Positions 13,121-24,982 of a DNA stretch of 64,000 nucleotides are shown here, in pieces. The position numbers and the translations under genes are program-made. Under the pieces are notes generated by a model. The model had not been told where the DNA came from, made no database searches, and saw only the letters and a list, made by a program, of their open reading frames with translations. Within the stretch, counting starts at the first letter, position 1. Each line of letters begins with the position of its first letter. The stretch is from Podarcis gaigeae (taxonomy: Eukaryota), in assembly GCA_964106915.2 (NCBI GenBank), contig OZ066926.1; one strand, given 5' to 3'.

Positions 13121-13856
13121 TCTTATAGGAAAACTTCTTAAAAGAGGGAATCAATTACCAGAAGGAAGGAGTGCATCAGAATTCTCTCTCTTTAAAGTGC
13201 TTAAAGATCTTGCACCAACAAACCCTAGCGAATGCATCTGAGGAAAGAATACAGGTGCAATGCAGACTGCACCCCATCCAGTAAAAAAATCAGCACCCAA
13301 GTTTTGTTCTGCTCTCTTCCTCATGTTAAGAGCTCAGGTTAGGTCTTGCTGTATCTTATTTTACCCTTCATAAATCTTTGAAGCTGATCTGACTAGGAGC
13401 TGTCAGAACTGAACACTGCTTGATGCTAGGTCTGCTAGGCTCAAAGACCACTGCTCTATTTATTACCCCATTTATTACCAAGCAGCAGAACAGGTTGCTA
13501 CTTTCCTCACAGAAGCTGTAATTTTTAAAAAAAAATAATCGAGAAGAATCTCTACAAGCAGAAGCCTCACCTCATACTCTGTCTTGATGCACCAGATGTA
13601 ACACAGCTATATCTACTTCAGTGGCACCCAGGTAAGCAAGTTTGCTTACAGCTAATCAATCATCTTTATAAGGTATGAGCTTCCAACCATTTATTACATG
13701 TCACTTCTGCAGAAACCAGGTCATGCAATTTAGTCAAAAAGAATCCTTCTCCCTGGACTTGAGGCCAATTTGTAGGGTAAAACACATGTGCCAAAATTAT
13801 GAAGAGGAAGACACCATATACAAGTGTTATATGCTAAATGCTGGAAGCTTCTAAGT

Positions 13857-13994
13857 GAGCGGTTCTCAACCTGAGGGTCCCCAGATGTTGTTGGACTTCA
13901 ACTCCCATCATCCCTGAGCTCTGGCCTTGGTAGCTAGGGGTGATGAGAGTTGTAGTTCAACAACATCTGGGGACCCACAGGTTGAGAAAGGCTG
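13857..13994. mobile_element. Palindromic hAT-like MITE (GGACTACAACTCCCATCA family)
   Basis: Long imperfect self-complementarity; flanking direct repeat TCTAAGT. Related copies at ~16385-16502, 41108-41251, 46474-46598, 49617-49745, 60419-60512. Confidence 0.8.
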
Positions 13995-14529
13995 TCTAAG
14001 TCAAGATGAGAGTGCTTGGTCTTAAGAGAAGAGCATAGCTATAGAATACATAAAGTAAAACTAGTAGAATGGAGAGAACCAGTGGGGCACAGTTATATCT
14101 GGATACAAACTACAGCAGGGGTGTGAAACTTTTTTCAGCTCAAAGGCATGTTCCTTTCTGGCAACTTTCTGAGGGCCACATGCCAGAGCTGGCTGGGGCC
14201 AGACACACACAAAAGGCAGAGAAATGAATGTATATGTTACCTTTGTACAGTCAGGTAGTTTCTACACTTAATCACACACCCATCTCTATGTTTCATCTAG
14301 GTAAGAAAGAGGCATTAACAGAGTCCAAGGGTAAACACAAACACTCAAGGGTGTGTGTGTGCGCGCGCAAGATGTGGGGAAAGTCCCAAGGGCCAACTAA
14401 AAGGGTTTGGAGGATTGCATTCAACCCTAGGACCTCAGGGAAGGGTGCACTGGAGGTGGTATCAAAGAGAACACAAGAGTTCAACCATCTAGAAGTCCCC
14501 CAAAAGGCAAACTCTTCTACAAAGATCAC

Positions 14530-15400
14530 TGATTAATTTAGTTCAGGGGATGTATGATCACCCCTTCCCAACTAAAATGCCCAGGGTGACCTTGAGATGG
14601 AGACTGAAATAAAGGGGGCACCTAAAGGAGGAAGTGTCATAATAATAGCCAACCTCCAACTACTCTCACAGATTAGAGCATGCATACACCCAATCACAAC
14701 CAAGAGGTAAAATTTCCAGATACCCTAAACGACTCTGCCTTATAACAGTTTGGGTCATGGAACTGACCAGAGAGATGGCAACTCTCAACTCAAGTGGCGC
14801 CCAAGACCCTGTGTGAGATGTAAGTGTTGCTGAACCAATTTGAAACAGTGATCACAGTGCCATGTAAGTGGACAATTGCTAAGAAAGTCCAACACGGTCA
14901 CATTTGACTTCAAAAGTGGAAACTTCCCCCAAAATGAGGGGTTGCTTATAAGACAGTGGAACGGCAAAGTCAAGAGGGTCAAATCTCTCCAGAATGGTTT
15001 GGGGCTGTTTAAAACCACAATAACAGATTGGCTAGAATGTACAGTGCAGATCAGTAAAGGTACCACCATGGCAAAGAGGATGGCAGCATAGTTAATGAGC
15101 AGAGCCATGGAAGCTGTTAGAGGTAAGAGGACTTCCTTTAGGAAATGGAGTTCTGTCCAAATGAGAAGAACAAAAAGGAACATAAACTTTAGCAAAAGAA
15201 TTGTGAGCAGACCACAAGGGATTTAAAAAAAAAGAATTTGATGAATACTTCATTAAAAACATAAAGAGGCCAACAAGTAAACATTTTTTAAATAAATGGC
15301 TGTTGGATAAAAAGTGAGTCAAAGGTGTGCTGAAGGAGGAAATGTAACTGCAGAGAAGCTGGATGAATTCTTTGCATCTGTCTTCACAATGGAAGATGTA
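14530..15400 (+). mobile_element. CR1 LINE ORF2 fragment (endonuclease-linker region)
   Basis: Frameshifted remnants TFDFKSGNFP..., AEKLDEFFASVFT.ED characteristic of CR1. Confidence 0.8.
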
Positions 15401-16609
15401 GTTCTCCAGAGTTTCAGACAGGAATCTTTCCCAGTCATAACTGGAGATACCAAGGATCAAACATGGGACCTTCTGTCTGCAAACACATGCCCTGCCACCG
15501 GCTATGGTCTCTTTCTTCGCTGTGTGAAGTAGAGAAGCATGGAATATTCATTGCCTGGCTCAAGCAAGGTCAGAACAGATATTGATTTGCTGGCAAACTC
15601 AGCTGCTTCTCAGCTGAGGCAGAATCAGGACTTTATTTCCTAAAAAAAGAAAAAGAAAAAGAAAAGAAAGCTCACACAAGCCCTTATGATTAAAAGAATC
15701 AATGCCAAAATCAGCAACCAGCAGAAACTGCTAGTCTGGAAAGAAGACCTTGACATTGTAAAGGAATTATTCCAAAGGACAAGGTTGCAAAGGAGATCTG
15801 GTCTGAGAGCTTTCTGTGGGCTGGAGCTGAAAAAAAGCATTGCAGCTTTGTGCTGGCACATACAGATCTGGGGGTATTCTTCTAAGGTTTTTGTTGTTTT
15901 TAATGGGGGGCATTGTGGATGAACCGTTACAGCTTATAGCATTCTGGAAGATCTTTAAGAGCCTAGTTAAGTAATAGAAACAGAATTTAAATATAGGGCA
16001 GGATCTAGTATATCTAAAACCCTTAAATTTTGTGCAAGTCAGTGTCCAGGGAAGAAAAATGGTGAGAGTGGGCCATGAAATCAGAAGCAAAGAGGCTTCT
16101 GAGTTTTCAAAACGCATGTGGGATCATAAGAGAAATTAAAGGCATATTTTAGTACCTGTCCCAATAACCTTTCAAGTAGCCTACTACAGGTACCACAGGC
16201 AGGGAGATTTAATAGCACTCTTGGATTCAAGGAAAATATGAGAATCCACAGGCTGGCCTTGACATGGCCTGTACTACTTTTGCTTCTCTCTCATCTCATG
16301 ATACTGCTTGCTTTTCAGTTCTGTGAACCAGGTGCCAAGTCACCTTTCCCAAGAGACAGACAGGGTGCAGAAACTTGTATTATAGCTGGGATTACTAATC
16401 GTTGGCCCTTCAGATGTTACTAGACTACAACTCTCAACTACTGCTTGGAGGTGCTGATGGGAGTCAAACAACATCTGGAGGGTCTAAGGTTCCCCATCCT
16501 TGCATTATAGCATTAACTAAGGTGGCCCATACAAGAAGATTAAAGCATAATAAAAATCAGAATTGAATGCTTATGTTCTTTACACTCTCTTAAACTAACT
16601 TTTATATAT

Positions 16610-16654
16610 TTTGTTGTTTAGTCGTTTCTGACTCTTCGTGATCCCATGGACCAG
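16610..16654 (-). mobile_element. 45-bp Bov-B (RTE) 3' stub with 13-bp TSD
   Basis: Minus strand CTGGTCCATGGGATCACGAAGAGTCAGAAACGACTAAACAACAAA matches the end of the 38229-38575 copy; TSD AACTTTTATATAT at 16597-16609 and 16655-16667. Confidence 0.85.
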
Positions 16655-18637
16655 AACTTTTATATATATTTCTAGTCAATTATAAGTAAATAGTTTTCCA
16701 CTGTAACACTCTCTTGCTGCAAAAGTTTTCCTGAGATGCTGGGTCAAGTGCATTGCAGATGCTGAACAGCTCAAACACTTTTGTGATCCATTTTTTATTC
16801 CAGTTCCAGTACTGCATCTATATCTTTTACTTCAAAGAGAACTTCCAAACACTCCAAAATATTTATAGACTGAAAGGATACAAGTGAAATACAAGGTATC
16901 CTGGGCATATACAGAAATACATTGAGTTGAAGAGGCCTTTCACCAATAATGTGCATGGTAGACATCAGACCATAAAATAGCTTGCATATTTTTTTGCCAA
17001 ACTTAAATCCTACCATGGAGTTCCAAAAGAGCAACCATGATTATTCTTGCTGCCATAAAGTCAAGCTAATGAACTCTGTCGCCTTTGAGTACAAAAAGAG
17101 ACTGCCTCTTCCACCATGTACAAATCAATGAGATCAATGAAGTTATTGCTTGGTTTCCACTACTTGGTTTCCAGAAAATATAAGGAAAATCCACATGGTC
17201 TGCAAAAGAAGGGCACAGCCTTGGGGACACATGCTTCCATCTAATCAGGGTTCTCTTGCTAACTAGGATTTGAAACGAGAAGTCAAAGTAGTTTTACACA
17301 TCCTAACTGCATCAGTGAGATATAAGCAACAGCTAAGACAACAAGGGAAAGGATGGAATATGCACTCCCATGGCTGGTTCCTGATTTACAAATCATGCTT
17401 TGCAGTGAACCAGTGTTGTGCCTGCATCAGAACTTAATTTGTATGTGACACTTAAATCACTAACTATAACCCATCTTGAGCCTTAGGAATTGGCTTGGAC
17501 TAGAAGTCTAAAAAGAAAAATACATTTTTCCTGTTATTAGCCTCCCAACATGCACACAGGGAGTAACAAGATCCATATTTCTGTTTATGATGCTGAAATA
17601 GTTCTTCCACAAATTGTATTTAAAAAACCACCATTCCTCTGGGAGGAGCTGTATGGAGAATATTGTCCACAGCAATTTATAAATAATACAAACAGTTCAG
17701 ACTGGGTGAGCTTTCTTTAGAAGCTTCCCTGCTGTCCAGGGACTTCTATTTTCTTTTCTTCACTTTCCTTTTTACAGCTCACTTTATAAACTGTGTTCTC
17801 TCTGGGAAATGTGTATCTGCAGACTGCCACAGTCACCACACTCATGAATACCATCATTAAAAGTCTGATATCTGCTCCAAGCACAGGCGTTATTAGGCCC
17901 GAGGAACAGGAACTGATGGATGGCCGATTACATATACCAAACAGTGCTTGAAACTCCCATTGTTCTGGGCACATTTTGCAATAGAGAATTTCATTAGCAT
18001 GAGCAGTTTCTGAGCTCTGGACGCAGTACTGCGCCTAAGATTTCAGAGTAAAACTGCAGAGTGGAAGGAAAGCAGGACCGTTTTATGCCTCCCCACTTCC
18101 AGCTACTCTCTGAAGACTTAATATTCTTAAGAATATTAGAGGGGTGGGCAGGGGAAAGACTAGACCATCTGAAAAATGAACATAATATTTTAGCTGCAGT
18201 TCATTGGTTTTCAGCTTTGTATTCTTGTTATATAAAAAAAGCGTACCTAGGCATTCCGTTGTTGCGCCTATAACCTAGGTTTAAGGTGCCATTTAGCTCC
18301 TAGCTTTCATATCTCTGTTTCTAACACTGATACCAAACCCCTTCTCTACAACTTCCGTAGGCTTCCTGAAATTATGGTGTGTGTGTTGGGAAGCAACAAC
18401 AAGAAGGTCAGAAAAAGATGAGGGAAGAATCCATGAAGCACCTTGCCTCACTCCTGAGCCATTGCCCTGCTTGTACCATGTTGTTAATTCTTTGGGAACA
18501 ATAAGCAATTCAGGCCCAGTGTTGTAGAGCAGATTGAATACTGGCATTTCAATGGGGTCAACATAGGGCAAATACCCGGGAAGGAAAAAGAGGGCAAGCA
18601 AGTCAGGCAAAAACTGTGGCATTGACACCCAGGCCTA

Positions 18638-18955
18638 GACAGCACATAGTTAAATTATGGAACTCACTCCCATAAGAGCAAGTGGTGGACACCAACTTAA
18701 ATTATTTTAAAATACCTTTTGGCAAATTTATGAAGGAGAGGGTTATTGATGGCTTTTAGCCATGATGGCAATGCTCTGCCTTCACAATTGGAGCTATGCT
18801 TCTGAATACCTGTTGCTGGAAACCACAGGAGAGGAGACTGCTATTGTGCTCAAATCCTGCTTGCTGGTTTCCCACAGGCTTTTGTTCAGACATTGTGAGA
18901 ACAGGATACTGTACTAGATGGGCCATCGGCCTGATCCCTCTTTATGCTCTTATGA
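18638..18955 (+). mobile_element. CR1 LINE 3' end
   Basis: ORF2 end (..LWNSLP..) plus 3'UTR TGTGAGAACAGGATACTGTACTAGATGGGCCA..TTATG; related fragment at ~56475-56617. Confidence 0.75.
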
Positions 18956-19042
18956 TCCATCAGCCTGCAGTCTATGCCAAAAACTGCCAACACCAGAGGG
19001 GACAAATAAGAGTATGTCTTCTTATGTTAGTTTTGCAAAGTT

Positions 19043-19796
19043 TAGGCCTGGGCAATATATTGATATACCATCTAGGACCGGTGTGAGGAGCAGGCCGCGA
19101 TGTCAGGTTCGCTCAGCAGTATATCGCTGGTGAAACTGCCACTGTTCCTCTGCTAGCAGCGTCTGCTGGGGGAAGTCAGGCGCTGCTAGCAGAGGGACTC
19201 AGGAGCGGCGGTGGTTCCACCAGTGATATATCACTGAGTGAAACCACCATCCCACACTGCCCTCATACAACAGAGAGGGATAAACAAGCTGTAGCAGCCA
19301 GGCACCGATACAGCTTGTTCCTCCATCTACATTTTTTAACTGCTTCAATGTAGAGCTGCCCTTGCCTCAGTAGAGCAGTTAAAGGAGCCTCCAGGCCAGC
19401 GCTGGCTCCCACAAGCTAGAAGTGGGGTGGGGGCTCCATGAAACTGCTCAGCTGAGGGGAATGTGGTGGATGCTCCCCACAGTGAGCAGTTAAAGGAGCC
19501 CCAATGCTCTGCTCGCTTGCATGTGAGCAGCAAGAGCGCCTGGGCTGTCTCAGCTGGTGGGGGGAGAACCTTCCCTCTCCCCAGCTGAGAGGCGCAAACA
19601 AGCTGCATTGTGCCAGCCTGTGAGCCTGGGTGAAACCGCCTCAGCTTTTGAGGTGAAAACTCAGGAAGTTTCACCCGGTTTCTCGAACGCAGAGGTCAAT
19701 GCACCTAGTTTTTTCAACACTGCAGTATACTGTCAAACCTCAGTGTTTGGCTGACGATACACCACAATGTTGAAAAGCTGATATTGTCCAGCCCTA
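19043..19796. mobile_element. Non-autonomous DNA transposon (hAT-like)
   Basis: Ends TAGGCCTGGGCAATAT.. / ..ATATTGTCCAGCCCTA are inverted; GC-rich interior with internal repeats. Possibly related element at ~25063-25445. Confidence 0.55.
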
Positions 19797-22700
19797 GACC
19801 AGTTAGACCAATATTCTGGTATTTTCATTTTGATTGCACATACTCAATTTTTCTCCACCACCCTCCGCTGCTGATACGCCTTTTGAATAAACTGCTTAAC
19901 TGGATTTCTGAGCTGTGCTGGTTTGTTAGCACACTGAGAGGATGGTTGTCCCAACCACTGCTCCACTGCTGGCTGTTAAAATGCCAGGTAAAACACGAGG
20001 GAGATAGGATGAAGTTGCCAAGCAAGACACTTGGAATTCAGCTGGCTGTTCACCTGCTCCTGAGTAGACAACCACAAGACAGTGGGAATCCTGCACTTCT
20101 TGCCCTAGGTAATATATAACCATGTAGTCATAAGCAGAGAGAGAAAGCTGTTGCAATTTATCTCTTTTTAACCTGGAAGTCCTTGTGAGAAACTAACATC
20201 ATCATGCAAGGTAGATCTCAGGGTCTTATGGGTGGAAATGTAATTCACAAGAATAGCAAAACAAAGGCCAATGGTTTTTGCTCACCCTAACACCCCCCCA
20301 CCCAAAAGGCTGACTCAAAGGGTTGTAATCTCCCCTTCTTTGTTTCAAACCCCCCACAAAATTTGCCCAAGAGTTCTCCTTTAACATTCACCCCAGATCA
20401 TAGTAAAACATTAAGGAAGAATATTTCCACTCCTGTGACAAAAAGAAAATGAGTATAGTTATTGGGGTGGTGAAAAGTATGTATCAAAATTGTGAATCAT
20501 TCCTGCTTCAAGTACTTTGAGATTATCCTATTTTATCCTCACAGCCGTACTGAGAGTTAGGTCAGGCCAAGTAATAATGGCCTTGTCTAAAGCTGCTCAC
20601 TAAGCCTCATGACTGCAAAGGGATGTGAACAAAGGCCCCATAGACCAAGCCCAACAGTCTATCCATTACAGCATACTGCCAATTTTTATATGGGTAACAC
20701 TCATGCATTCTTTTCCCTACCCCTATTGCTATTGTGGGACTAGTCATTCTGAATGCAACAACTGTCCACACAAACACTGGCTCCTCTGGGATACCCAGAA
20801 GATCTGAAGGAGTGCTATTAACAATTCAGAATACCAGAACACCAGCACAGATATGCAAACTATATTGGTGTCAGAGCATTGCTGCTTCTAGTAGGTGTTC
20901 TAACAATGGTGTGAACTCTCCTGCTATTTAAGAACCAAGATGACTAAAAGTATTGTACTAAGCATTAAGCAATCACTGTGTATAAGGAATGCAACCTGTA
21001 TTTCACAAAGACAGGAATGTTGTCCGACTGAGAGATGGGCACACGGTAGCAATTAGAAAAGGGAAAAGGTTGGGCAACAGGTCTAAGGAGTAATCTTAGT
21101 AATTTATTGATCTACTGTATGAGATTAATTAGATTTATGACTGGCTACACACGAAAATAATCTTGAAGCAATTTACAAGGGTAACATACCACATCCAATA
21201 GAAATCTATTAAAACAAAATATACTGAAAGTGTTCATCCAAATCACCCACCAGTGGGTTCTGAAACTGTTTTCTCTGCACTTTTTGGTTCCACCATTGGG
21301 GGGGAGGTGTATTCTTTTCTCTACAACTTTACATTACCCCAAAGCCCAGAATAAGAATTTGCTTGGAGACGGAAGACCGACCAAGTCCCTGCAGATAGTA
21401 TTCCACAAATGCAGAGTTGGGGGCATAGAGAACACCCTCTTTACAACAATTAGAAAGGGATATATCTAATGCTAGTCAAACACAGAGTAGATCCACTGAA
21501 AATACTTGGGTCCATTAATTTCATTGGGTATACTCATAATCTAGCTGGATACAAACCAAAGCTCTTTTGCCGTTCTCCCTAAATTTGTAAGTGTGAGGAA
21601 TATAAAAGGACTGAAAGTGCTGATCAGTTGACAAGCATGACCAACCAAGTGAGGTACACCTATCCTCTTTGAGAAAAAAAAACTCCAGTGCCAAAATGTT
21701 GTCAATGTTCAGTTCAAACAGTCTGATGAAATTTAGGAATTTTTTTTGCACTTGGATTCGAGAAACTGTTACCTTTATTAATACCTGAAAATGATTTATA
21801 ATGAAATAAAGCAACATCAATTCTAACCCATCAAAGATATGTAACGTCACACCACAATTCCCATGATGAACTGATAATGTTTTTTCTATTGTATAGTGAT
21901 CTGATCCAATGCAGCAGCATGAAAAGGGCACAAAAGGAAAGAGATCTTCACAACTGCCCTCTTCCTGGAGAACTGCCAAAGTAAGAGCTTGAACATCTTC
22001 CAGAAGCATTTTAAGACTTTCCTTTTCAGGCTGACTTTTTGCAGCTAAGGTTAAGCCGGCATGGTGAATGAGGATGTACATACTTAAATGGGGTTTTGAA
22101 ATCCTGGTTCCATTGTGTGTGTATGTGTGTTTAAAAATGATAAACACACTCCACAGGTTAAAATGCTCCTTTAAAAACATAATTACTAGGGTTGTGTGCA
22201 TGCCATCATTCAATGTAAGCATGGGTTTGTTAAAAGGATATGTAGTCTGCTTTTCAATTAAAAAAAAAAGAAGAGTTAATTAATACAGAACAATAAAAAC
22301 AATACAAAGGATTGACCCTTAAGAGAGTGATACACAAAGGCAGAAACAACAATCCCCCAATATCACCCATCAAGGCAGGAGAAAAGGTTTAAGGAAAACC
22401 ACTGCAGTGCAGTGCCCCCACTTCCAACCTCTACGTCCAGTTCAAAGGGATACAATCATCAATGGCAACAGTTCACAAACATGTTCATTGTTCACACTGG
22501 CAAATACATCTTCCAGTCAGTATCAGGGTGAGTCCCCATCCTTCTCCAAGCCTAAAGGACAGAACTCTTGCTGATGGCATGCAAAGTTTTGGAGTCCTCT
22601 GAGAAGAGCAAGGTGTCTTGCTGCTTTCTGAGCATCTCATGGAATCATTATGTTAGGGGAGGCAGAGGACAGGGTTTCACCAACTGCAGCCAGAGTGCAC

Positions 22701-23441
22701 CTCTAGGTCCGCATGTTGCCAGTTAAGACCCCACCCACCTTAAGTGAAGACAGTTAGTGGTGAACACAAATCTTGGCTGGCTAATGAAAAGCAAAATTCA
22801 TGGACTTCTGATAGATGGTACCAAAAATTGATGAAATTAAGGGAAATCAACTTATCTTTCACCCAGCAAAGATCATCAGCCACGGTAATAAAATTAGTAG
22901 GGGTCCCAAACTCCAGCAACAAAACTGACTGAAGAGGGTCATGTTAAGCAAAGTCATCTAGATGAGTCTGGAATTGCTTGGCCAGAGCCTTTTTGATTAT
23001 TCTTGGTCATAAAAGCAAGCTGAACATTGGCTTCCCCAGGATCTTTATCACTAGACATGATGGATAGGAGTCAGATAGGCACGTCAAATGTACTGATCCA
23101 AAAGCCCCCTTCACATCCTTGGCTGCCAGCACTTGGAACTCCTCCAGTAAAACCTACCCAGACACCCATGTGGTTGACTCAGAAAAATAGGTGGAATCAA
23201 TTTAGAATGGATGCAAATGATTTTATCCACAGAACCTGTCATAGAAGGTCATGAGTTAAGCCTTCCAGCGAAGGAGACACAGAATGGTAAACTGTACAAA
23301 ACCATGCACTCAGAGGTGGTGGAATCCACATATTTCTACTCCATTGTCACTGTGAGGAAATAAATCTTTCACCGGGCTGTTTGATTGGCATTGCTACAAC
23401 TTTTCATCCAAGTGAGTTCAAGTACATTCCTGCCACCTCAT

Positions 23442-24125
23442 TATTACCAGCTTGGCCTGCTTGCCAGCTATGACCATTCCTGGACATGAATAGCGTGAGC
23501 ATGGCAGTTCATGCACTGGCAACCTCAAAGATAGATTACTGAAATGCTTCTATATGAGGCTGCCCTTGGACCTGGTTCAGAAGCTCCAGCTGGTGCAAAA
23601 TGTGGTGGCCAGTCAGCTGATGGAGCAAATGACCAACAATATCATTGTTGACCAACAGCATCATTGTTAAAACATCTCCCCTGGCTACCCATCTACTACT
23701 GAGCCAGGTTCAAGGTCCTTGTATTAATTTTCAAAGCCTGAACAACTTAGGTCCAGGGTACTTAGGGACTGTCTGAACCCTTAATATCCCAACTCGATTA
23801 CTAAGATCATCTGCAGGAGTGTCACTGGTCATCCCCTGAGTTGGTGAGGCTCATCTGACAGTGACATGACACTGAGCCTTTAGCATCATCTTCCAAAAAG
23901 GGATTCAGCAGGTGCCTTCCACTTTAACCTTTAAGTATCTGCTGAAAACATTTCTATGACACCAATCTTATAGATACAATTAAGAAAACAGATTCCTGTA
24001 ATAATTAACTGATTATTTCTGGCAATTTTTTACGCGTTTTTGCATGTGTGTGTGTGCGCATTATAAACCACTTTAGATTTTTTAAAAAATGAACAGTGGC
24101 ATACAAGTATTTTTATAAATATATA
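23442..24125 (+). mobile_element. L2 LINE ORF2 3' fragment
   Basis: Degenerate VHALATSKIDY.NA..GLP..VQKLQLVQN..; FKVLVLIFKA..NLGPGY..; LRSS motifs and L2-like tail. Confidence 0.8.
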
Positions 24126-24928
24126 ACCCACCGTTTTCCATTAACCACCACAAGTTCACACTTCTAATGCCACTGAAACTGTTCAGGGATAGCACACAGC
24201 AGCTGGTCAAAGGTCAGACTGGCCTTTGTCCTATGATCAGATCCTGGACAATACTTTTTAACACAGCTTTTGAATAGCAAATCATTGCTACAATGTGGCA
24301 CATAGCCAGGCACTCACGGGGCTGTAGCCAATTAAACAGATCTGCTAGTGCAAGGATTTCTGATTGTGCAACAGAACCTCCCGCAGGGTGCAGGGAGAGA
24401 AACTGGGAAGTTCATTTGTGCAAGGGCAAATCCTTGTGCTGGTGGATTTATTTAGAGTAATACAGCCCAAGATAGAGAGATCTAGGCACCAGGGCCACGG
24501 AGACCCTTGAACATAGACATGAAATTATGCACCCCTGTAATTCAAGTACTACTGGGTTTAGAAAAATGTCATGATTTAATCAACTGATGATTTGGGGTAC
24601 CTTTCTAGTCAAAATAGAGATGCTCAATTAAACACTGCAATGCATGTACACAAGGGTACAGTATAATTTCATTTAATCCAATATGATTTCTTGGTATTAC
24701 TCTTTGTGCTAAACTTCGTACTTATATCACAAAGTGGACAGCTGTCATTAAAGGTTGGACCACGCTACACACTAGGGAGGTGGCATCTGGAAATTAACTG
24801 GGATCAAATTGTAATATTTTATACAATGCTAGTTTCTAACTAGCTGTGAATGTGTGTAATCTGAAAGGAAGAGGACATATCAGGCAATAAGTCATGTTAA
24901 GGAGGACTCACAACATTCACATGTGACT

Positions 24929-24982
24929 AAAAGCCTAAATGAAAGCTAAATGCTGAAAAGCCTAAATGAAAGCTAAATGCTG
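24929..24982. repeat. 27-bp tandem duplication
   Basis: AAAAGCCTAAATGAAAGCTAAATGCTG x2. Confidence 0.9.

Noticed and set aside
21521-22222. 233-aa minus-strand ORF
   Set aside because: No recognisable domain, non-ATG start, runs through an L2-like remnant and low-complexity sequence; likely chance.
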